DNA of 64,000 bases from Botryllus schlosseri (taxonomy: Eukaryota): positions 24,678,001-24,742,000 of the forward strand of contig CM119371.1 of the NCBI GenBank assembly GCA_051294905.1, in the 5' to 3' direction. Shown here in pieces: positions 54,548 to 64,000 of this stretch. A program made the translations under genes and the position numbers. Below the pieces are notes generated by a model. The model worked only from the letters and a program-made list of their open reading frames with translations. It was not told the origin of the DNA and ran no database searches. Positions within the stretch are counted from its first letter, which is position 1. Each line of letters starts with the position of its first letter.

Positions 54548-55523
54548 GTAAGTTGTGAAATTTGCCGATACAACTGTTAATATATTGTTATTGTTATTGT
54601 TATATTGTGATTTCCCAAAACAGGAAATGGAACTGTGGTGTAGCAGGAATTCTGCGACTGCGTCGCGAACATTGTGATTGGCATTCGTGGTATTTCCCAT
54701 GTACAATCACATCACTATTAGTACCATTCGAATAAACAATATATGAAAAGGACCATAGCCTCCACTTTATTTGTTAAGCAATCGTTTAATCAAAATATTT
54801 TTTATTTTATAGCTCTCTAGTCTGGAAATATTGGATATTAAAATGCAAGCCGAAGTTTATCGTGAAATAGCTGTTACACTCAAGGCTACAGGTATCAAGG
54901 AGATGTTGTTCCAAACCTGTGAATTGATGAGATCGAAACTTTCTGAATTCTACATCGGTTGTAAGGACACCGATCTTACGGTAAGTTACTTTAGTTAAAA
55001 GAAAACGTAACGTGAGTCGAGCTACATTAGTCGCGTGAAAACGACCGTGCGCATGGTAGTGAGAGCGACTTCACGACGGCTGCGAGCAATATTAAAAGAC
55101 CTCCATGAGAATATCAGAAAAAGCTAAGACCAAGAACAGTATGATATTCGTATCGTGGAGCACAAGGCCTGAAATGCGATAAACATCACCGTCTTGTGAC
55201 CATCAATACATTAAGACTTCCGCGTTGCAGTGCGATGTTGCTGGTCTAGTTAGTAATCGCTTTGCAGGCCAAGCTAATGCATTTTGACTGATCATTGTGT
55301 CGCTCCGCTCTACAGCACGTTTCCCTTGGCAACTATAATTATTATGTTAGCTCATACATATTCCGATGAATTGCTGAACCAAATATTTTCTTTTGTATTT
55401 CGTTCGAAGATTTTTATCATATCCGCTAATTATTTTAGTCGACTCGAAATTAATGTCAGAAATTGCTGCGAGTAATTATGTGTTCTCCAGTAATCAATAC
55501 TGAGAAGTTTCATTATCATTCAG

Positions 55524-55691
55524 CTTTCCAATCTGTCGATATGGGACGGTACGATGATGTCAGATGTCTACTGTGATGTCGCGGATATTATCAGTATAAC
55601 AGGATGTTCGACAGTAGTTCTCGGAAACTGTGACTTGACGAAACAAAAGTTGGAACGTTTCACAGCAACATGCAAGAAAAAACAAATTTCT
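55524..55691 (+). CDS. NLR LRR-type exon B (168 nt), older paralogue of exon A
   Basis: LSNLSIWDGTMMSDVYCDVADII...LGNCDLTKQKLERF; TTCAG acceptor, T|GTGAGC donor. Confidence 0.82.
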
Positions 55692-57127
55692 GTGAGCATG
55701 AGTATTTGCTGAAAAAATTCTTGGAACACAGATCAGGACATGAAAATGTAGTTCAGCAATATAATGATTTTGTGACGAATATTATGAGTTTCTTTCGGGA
55801 AATTCATAGTTAACCAATCGCATCGCCATGGATAATAATTATTCATACCTAAAGCCGAAAAGCTACTGTGAAATTGTGGCCTACAAACCATTTGCTTACA
55901 ATCCCCTGTCAGATGTGTTGTCTATTTCATTTTTGATGTCAGCTAACAGCAGTGTTGGGGTCAAGTCACTACCTTCGAGTCACGAGTCATCTCGAGTCAT
56001 TGCAGATTTTGACTCGAGTCAAGTCAAGTCAATCGATTTTCGAAGGTGACTCGAGTCAAGTCAAGTCACTCGATTTTTGGAAGTGACTCGAGTCAAGTCG
56101 AGTCAAGTCAAGTCAAGTCACGAGTCAAGTCACAATTGAAGTCAAATTGAATTTTCGAAGTATGAGTGATGATTCAAAGTCATAACATTTTGCCAGCTGT
56201 GTGGAAACAGATAAATTAACCTTTATCTTGAACCAAATAACGAGTATAAGGTTAAATATACAAGCAAAAAGGCGTTGTATCGCACTAACAAAATACTTGA
56301 GTAACTGTATAGTTACATGCTACAGTCTGTTCTTATCAGCCAAAACAGAGGGCCGAATATGAAGCCTCTAGAGTTTAAACAAATTGATATGGTACAATAC
56401 ACTAGTCATCTACACATCCGTGAGAATGTAAACGAGTAAACTATATTCATTCGATTTAAGTCATACAAGAGGGTTGCTAAAGGTTGGCACTGCGCCATCT
56501 AAGAAACAGCTATTAGATTAATCTACTACTACCACGGCCACGTAAACTCTGATCATTCCGTTTTTGTTTATTTGTGATATAACAATGGAGGACCAGTGAA
56601 ATTGGAACGTACAATATGTGAAAGACTGGTTGCTCTCGTGTCACTGGATTATCGGGAATTATCCGAACATACACATGATACAGTGATTCAGTCGACACCA
56701 TTTACTTATTGATGACTTGAAATTGACTCGTAAATTTTGCTCCGAGTCACCAGTCAATCCACATTTCTGAAGCGCCGAGTCAAGTCAAGTCAAGTCATTT
56801 TAACATATTTTCTGTGTTCTTCAATATTGTGTTTTCCAATACATAATGTGGTGTTCAATTCTGAATTATATGTGTTGAGTTCGATACCACATTGTTCATT
56901 TCTACACACAATATTTGCTAACACATAAAATATGTTGAAATGTGGTGTCTACCAACACGCCTTGAATTTAGTGTGAAGTCTCACAAAAAAGTTGACTCGA
57001 ATCTGACTCGAGTCAAGTCATGGTCAAGTCATGAATCGTGTTTAATCTTTGCTCCGTTCGCCGTTACAGCAGTTTACTTTAGAGCGAAAACTAGAGGTGA
57101 AGCGACTAGGTCCTTATCAGCCTAGAA

Positions 57128-59846
57128 CAGGGTGTTGACAAACTTTTGAGCTCGCGGGCCGCATTCAACATCTGAATCCATTTGCGGGCCGCACTATTTA
57201 AAATCGGGATTATAAACCAAAACGCAATAGTGATATTTGATTATATAGTGAGGACAGAGAGTTAATATATGTACTTATTTAAAGCAAGCCAAACATTGCT
57301 TTGATGATGTCTTACACGTGAGATTTCATAGGCTTGCGGACCTCAATAACCAATTTGCCAAAACTAGAGATGAAAGTCGGTTGGCCCGATTCTTAGAACA
57401 GAATTGAAATTTAAATCTGTGAGCAGCGATCTGTTCATAGATTTACTAATTCCACTTTTGGTTCAGTTCCAGCAGGGCATACAATGCTGACAGCATCATA
57501 ACCAGGTTAGCGTCAAACACGCTTCTACTATGTCTAGATCAGGGGTGGGCAAACTACGGCCCGCGGGCCGCATGCGGCCCGCAACACGGTTTTGTGCGGC
57601 CCGCGAGAGTCTCGAGAAACTTAATGAAAATATTGATATAATGCGGACTAAAAATCTACAGGGATATCATTAAACTTTTTCCTAATATATTTTACCATGT
57701 TTATTCTAAGGTAAATACTTCCTATATCATTTTTATGTATAATTTCTGGCGCGACAGCCCGACCTTCGCTCAAGGCCAATGCATTTTGAAAGGTTTGATC
57801 TGCTAAACATCACAGAAATCCTAAACGGGATTGATATAATTAGGATCGCGAGTGTGATTCTAGATTGGCCACTCCAGCAACGTTTATTAATTTTAGTGCT
57901 GTGCTTGGAGAAAACGATTCCCGGGTGTATTAGGTAGATTCGTTCTCTGTATGAGTAAAACAGGGGTGGCCAACCCGCGGCCGTAGAAGGAAATTTGTGC
58001 GGCCGTGGACGCGCAATTCAATTAGTATGTGTTGGCGGCCACCGACATGCAATTTGAATTTACGAATTGACTCCCGATTTCTTGAAAGATTTTAATTAGT
58101 GTTGAGATTTTCTTCGCGCTGCGCGCGATACAATTTCAATTTCTTTTTCGATTTTAATATAGTAGCGCTCTTTGCCATCAGAGCCCCACAGTACAGATGC
58201 GAAAAGCAGAGGAAATGATGCGCCTCACATATAAATACCAACTCGGAATCGTGTGCACCTCTCTATACCGACAATCTGATAGGAGGTTAAGAAATATCAG
58301 CTTGCAACAAAGTGACTAACAGCAATTGGCCCACCCGGATATGCATCATCATTTATAAATTGCCTTAAATTCTGGAAAACACCGCCTCCATCAACTTTAC
58401 CGGTGAATCTGATCACATGGGCTGAGAAAGGTTAAAGTTTGATAGTAATATCTCAAACTACTTATATTAATGACGAAATTCACCAGTGAATCTGAAAAAC
58501 TTTTCGCGCTCCGCGCGAATATGAACATTTTCTTCCCATTTCCAGTGCGCACTCGTGATTTCGGTTCGTATGGTAAGCCTATATCATTTAATAGACGAGT
58601 CCGGAGTTCACCGGAAATAGACATAGCCATTGTAACATGGTTATTCGGCGCCCAGCTCGTTCGTTAGGAATATGCCCAGGAATGCAGCCGTCGGCTACAT
58701 AAGTAGTCGAAATGCGGCCGTGAATGGCCAAAATGTTGGCCACCCCTGGCGTAAAATAACGCTATCTATATTTTTGATCTACACATAGTAGAAGCGTGTT
58801 GAAGGTAATATGGTTTTGATGCTGCCAGCATTGTGTGTCCTGGAACCGACCCAAAAGTGGAATTAGCAAATCCATGAACAGATAGCTGCTCACCTATTTC
58901 AATTTCAATCCCATTTTTAAGAATCAGGACAACTGACTTTCATCCCTATAGTTCTGACAAATTGGTTTTTGAGGTCGACCAGCCTGTAAAGTCTCGCCAC
59001 TGCTTCTGACGCGTGTACGATTTCGTCAAAGCAATGTTTGGTTGGTTTTAAATAAGCATATAGATTATCTCCATGTCGTCGCTATATGATCAAGTATCAA
59101 TATTGTGTTTTGGTTTATAATCCAAATTTTATACAGTGCGGCCCGCGAATGGATCCCGATGCTGAATGCGGCCCGCGAGCTCAAAAGTTTGCCCACCCCT
59201 GGTCTAGATAAAGTATAAATACCCGAATTCTACGCATGCAGACAACGAATCTATACCTAAGACACGCCTGCAGCATTCTTATAAGCACAACAGTAAAATA
59301 ATTAAAAATGGAGTGGCCAATCTGAAATCCCACTCGTGATCCAATTATGTCAATCTCGTTGCAGCTATCCCGCAGTGATATCAAGTATTTACCTCATAGA
59401 TCAGTGGTTATCAAACTTTTTAGGACAACCACCCCTTATGATGGTGAAATATTTCGCGCCACTAATCGTCATATCACAAAACGCAACCAGGATGCTAGTA
59501 AACCTAAGTGGTAGTTTGATGGCATAGAAGGTACGACTGCGAAGGTGAGATAATTGGACGTAAATCGCGCAGAGCGCGAAAAAATTGAATTGAGCTCAGC
59601 TTCGCCCCCCCTCCCATCAGATGCTTTCACACCCCCAAGGGGGCGCGTCCACCAGTTTGAGAACCACTGTCTTAGAATTATCATAGTGAAATATACTAAG
59701 AAAAAATTAATCAAGTCCCTTTATTAATTCGATTTTTATTACGCATTTTAGCAATGTTTCTAAAAAATTTCATCAGACTCTCGCGGCCGCACAGAACGGT
59801 GTTGCGGGCCGCATGCGACCCGTGGGCCGTACTTTGCCCACCCCTG
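57128..59846. mobile_element. Nested hAT MITE cluster: outer element plus an inverted same-family copy (57540-59201), plus 57961-58748 and about 59402-59668
   Basis: Outer TSD GCCTAGAA at both ends; inner TSD GTCTAGAT at both ends; CAGGGGTGG termini; another family copy starts at 63451. Confidence 0.88.
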
Positions 59847-60622
59847 GCCTAGAAATTGTCCATTGATCAAATAGTACGCAGGGTGCCACCGCTTTGGTTG
59901 CGTATCACATGGTCGTAACACACCAGGATCGTGTACGAAACATTTCAGACGGGCTTAGGAAAACTAGGGCCAATCGATTTGCGTAATCTCTACCATGAAA
60001 TCATAACGCATGCTACTAAGGATGCCCTGATGATTGATTCGACGCATAGCGACGATTCTCAGTTCGCGTACATTTTGTAAAATGATCCTTTGCATAAAAA
60101 AAAGAATAAAACATTTATACCACACATCAAGTCACGGCACATCGGCAAACCTCTCGCGGCACCTACGATTAAATCACTGTTGTCGTGAAATTCATGTGAC
60201 CATCATAAAGTTACTTTTCTAAGTTGAAAAACGCCATTGAGACGTAATTTTGATAAAATTTCGCTCGCAGCCCTTGCTCCACCACCCGAAATTGTCACGA
60301 GCCGCCACCGTTTTCTAGCCATTCGAAGACACAGGGGATTAAATCGTCTTTAAGCTACATTTATTGTAAAGCATTAGGTTATTGTAATAATTCTGTTTCT
60401 AAGCTCTTAGTATCCTTTGAAAATTCGTTGATCAGTTTAAGCTGCAAAACAAATGAAAGTACTGTGCAGTATTTTTTCGTTGTATCGACCGATGTTCTGC
60501 ATCAATCATTATTTAATGATGATTTCGGTTGACTAAGAGATGAATGTCAGGAATTGCAGCGAGCGATCATGTGCTTTCGAGTAATCGCAACTGTGAGGTT
60601 GCCATGTTATATTGTTATTCAG

Positions 60623-60790
60623 CTTTCCAGACTGTCGATATGGGATGGCACGATGAAGGCAAATGTATATAGTGACGTCGCGAATATTGCCGGTATCACG
60701 GGTTGTTCGACAGTATTTTTTGGAAACTGTGATTTGACGAAACAGAAGTTGGGATGCTTTACGGCAACCTGCGTGCAAAATCAAAAATCG
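60623..60790 (+). CDS. NLR LRR-type exon A' (168 nt), recent duplicate of 54380-54547
   Basis: Two nucleotide differences from exon A; intact splice sites. Confidence 0.85.
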
Positions 60791-62356
60791 GTAAGTTGTG
60801 AAATTTGCCGATACAACTGTTAATATATTGGTATTGTTATATTGTGATTTCCCAAAACAGGAAATGGAACTGTGGTGCATCGCGAACATTGTGATTGGCA
60901 TATTGGTATTTCCCATGTACAATCACATCACTATTACCACCATTCGAATAAACAATATATGAAAAGGACCATAGCCTCCACTTTATTTGTTAAGCAATCG
61001 TTTATTCTAAATGTTCGTTATTTTATAGCTCTCTACTCTGGAAATATTGGATATTAAAATGCAAGCCGAAGTTTATCGTGAAATAGCTGTTACACTCAAG
61101 GATATCGGTATCAACGAGATGTTGTTCCAAACCTGTGAATTGACTAGATCGAAACTTTCTGAATTCTACATCGGTTGTAAGGACACCGATCTTACCGTAA
61201 GTTACTTCAGTCAAAAGAAAACGTAACGTGAGTCGAGATACATAAGTCGCGAGAAAACGACCGGGCGCATGGCAGTGAGAGCGACTTAACGACGGCTGCG
61301 AGCAAGATTAAAAGACCTCCATGAGAATATCAAAAAAGCTAAGACCAAGAACAGTATGATATTCGTATCGTGGAGCACAAGGCCTAAAATGCGATAAGCA
61401 TCACTGTCTTGTGACCATTAATACATTACAATGTTGCTGGTCTAGTTAGTAATCGCTTTGCAGGCCATGCCAATGCATTTTGACTGAGCATTGTGTCGCT
61501 CCGCTCTACAGCATCGTTTCTCTTGGCAACTATAATCTTTATGTTAACTCATACATATTCCGATAAATGCTGAACCAAATATTTTCGTTTATATTTCGTT
61601 CGAATATTTTTATCATATCCGCTAATTATTTTAGTCGACTCGAAATTAATGTCAGAAATTGCGGCGAGCAATTATGTGCCGTATGTGTTGTGTCCAGGGC
61701 TTTGGAGTTGGAGCCGAAGCTCGGAGCAGGAGCCCCGAAGCCATGCATTTTTGCCGGAGCTGGAGCTGGAGCCGGAGCTCTACATAAAATTCAGCCGGAG
61801 CCGGAGCTGGAACCAGTTATTTGAGGGGTGGCTCCGGCTCCGACGTATTCCCTAAAATGATATTATATATGCAAGAACCATTTCTGCTGAGTTCACATAA
61901 TTCAATATCAGGCCTTCGCGAAATTAGGAACCTATTCCTCCTTGGCTCTACCTTTTCCGACTAACCATGTTCCTGGGGATTTAACAGCAGAGCAGTCATA
62001 TGTTCAATGTTAAATTTTCATACATGAGTGCCGTACCTCGGCATGCGAAATATGCCTGTGAATATTGTGGATATTCGGCATACCCGCAATTTCATCATCA
62101 GCACAACCTTGTTGGCCAATTGTATACGGTTCGAAAATAATGATCACTATGCATTACGCGAAGAGGGAGAGAGGATAAAAACGTTATTTCGTTGCACATG
62201 TCGATACGACGAGCACGAGCCGAGAAATTCTTATCGTTGCTGTGAATCGGATGAGCAAATATTCGTTCTTTCGTGATAGTTCTTTAATCGGGCCGCGAAA
62301 TTGGACAGTGTTATTGAGTATGCAATTATGCATGCTAATTGGAATTCATTACTGCG

Positions 62357-62518
62357 CATCATCGTTATTCACTCCAGTAAGGATTTTTGAGCGTAAATAG
62401 GGGATGGCAGAAGAGTAGCCCACAACCCCATGGTATTCATCATCGTTATTCACTCCAGTAAGGATTTTTGAGCGTAAATAGGGGATGGCAGAAGAGTAGC
62501 CCACAACCCCATGGTATT
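62357..62518 (+). repeat. 81-bp perfect tandem duplication (2 copies)
   Basis: CATCATCGTTATTCACTCC...CCCCATGGTATT at 62357 and again at 62438. Confidence 0.95.
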
Positions 62519-63074
62519 TTATGTTGGAGACAAATTACTGATTTGATACGCGATTTCCAATATGTAATCATCCGTTCCGTTAATTCATTCTTGATGTCTG
62601 GTTGATACTCTAGTACAGTGCTTTTCAGCCTGTGTGACGGTTCGCTCTAGTGCGAATGAAAAGAATTGCAGTGCGAACGACGGAGGTAGTGCGAATGGTG
62701 CGAACGAAAATCCGGATCAAGTGCGAACGAAATTCGTGAATAATTGTTACTTTTTCTGACGTGGAATAATTCAAAGAAAACTAATCGGAAATTTGAGGTC
62801 GGTGTAAATTTTGTAGTTGAGGCGTAAGTGGAAAAAGTTGTTTAACTTACGACGCACCACTAATCGTATAGCTCCCGCAAGCCGTAGTAAATTAAAATTT
62901 TCGCACTTTAATTATCACGTAACGATAGCCTGGTTTGGACGCTGGTGCTGTGGCAGACATACGGTATATCAGTCCATCTGAGCCTGCCACAGGCTGGAAA
63001 GATGACGTCAAATTGACTTCTGCTTTCTTTCGATAAATAATTATCATATTTTTGTAACAACTGTTCGACTAGAG

Positions 63075-63442
63075 CAGTGGTTCTCAACCTTTTTTGACTC
63101 ATCGCCCCCTTTTTAAGCTCAACGCCTATCATCGCCCCCCTAATTTTGTGAACCGAAAAATCGGTATACAAACTGTAATCACCGGCGTGTTGACTAAAAA
63201 AAAAGGTCAACTTTAACGTTCGATGTCGAATTTTACACTTTTGCAACTGAATTTTCATGGGATGACTGAAAAAAAAGTTCATTTCTCCGACTTGTCTCCA
63301 ATATAGCCGTTTTAACGTATCATCGCCCCCTTCGCTATTTTCGCCCCCCCCCCGTCGCCCCTTTGTCCATTTTCGCCCCCCTATCGCCCCCTTTGTCATT
63401 TTCGCCCCCCTGGGGCGATATCGCCCACGTTGGGAACCACTG
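63075..63442. mobile_element. hAT MITE with TCGCCCCC arrays
   Basis: TIR CAGTGGTTCTCAAC / GTTGGGAACCACTG; perfect TSD GACTAGAG. Confidence 0.88.
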
Positions 63443-63450
63443 GACTAGAG

Positions 63451-64000
63451 CAGGGGTGGGCAAACTTTTGAGATCGCAGGCCGCATTCAACATCTGAATC
63501 CATTCGCGGGCCGCACTATACAAAATTGATATTATGAACCAAAACGCAATATTGCATGGTGTTTGATTATATAGTGAGGCCGTGGAGATAATATATATGC
63601 ATATTTAAAACAAACCAAAGATTGCTTTGATGATATCGTACACACGCCAGAAACAGTGGCGGGATTCATAGGCTGGTCGACCTCAATAACCAATTTGTCA
63701 AAACTATAGGGATGAAAGTCGGTTATCCCGATCTTAGAACTCAATTTAAATCTGTGAAGAGCGAACTGTTCATAGATTTAATAATTCCGCTTTTTGTTTA
63801 GTTCCAGGACACACAATGCTGACAGCATCTTAACCATGTTAGCTCCAAACACGCTTCTACTATATGTGTAGATAAAATATAAATACCCTAATTTCACGCA
63901 CACAGAGAACGAATCTACCTAATTAGGACACGCGCGAATCGTATTTTATAAGCTCCTCACTGAAATAATTAAAACTGGACTGGTCAATCTGAAATCACAC
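63451..64000. mobile_element. hAT MITE of the 57128 family, running off the window
   Basis: Starts CAGGGGTGGGCAAACTTTTGAG and is colinear with 57128-57539 joined to 59210 onward. Confidence 0.85.

Noticed and set aside
54290..54706. Minus-strand ORFs of 138 aa and 129 aa (also 60533-60922)
   Set aside because: They are antisense shadows of the duplicated LRR exons.
62908..63399. 163-aa ORF, and similar ORFs at 24289 and 48893
   Set aside because: They overlap MITE or other non-coding-looking sequence and show no recognisable protein motifs.

Overview
This is AT-rich, intron-containing animal (invertebrate-like) genomic DNA, not prokaryotic, and most short ORFs in the track are spurious. The main host feature is a multi-exon NLR (NACHT-LRR) gene on the + strand, reconstructed by hand from splice sites and reading phase. 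It has candidate small phase-1 5' exons (about 19549-35892, one carrying a possible amyloid/RHIM-like motif), a NACHT exon (36804-37942), WHD/HD2 exons, and 168-174 nt LRR-type exons that are being amplified by tandem duplication and probably continue past the window end. Upstream are two large elements. The first is a full-length, decayed I-group/Nimb-like LINE (about 432-8163, minus strand). The second is a complete ISL2EU-type (PIF/Harbinger) DNA transposon (12192-18784) with an intact THAP-DDE transposase and a convergent, spliced SWIM + YqaJ-exonuclease gene. The window also holds many hAT elements and MITEs with 8-bp TSDs, several nested two or three deep, including one family inserted into itself in inverted orientation. 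Exon models and family names come from motif recognition only; no database searches were run.
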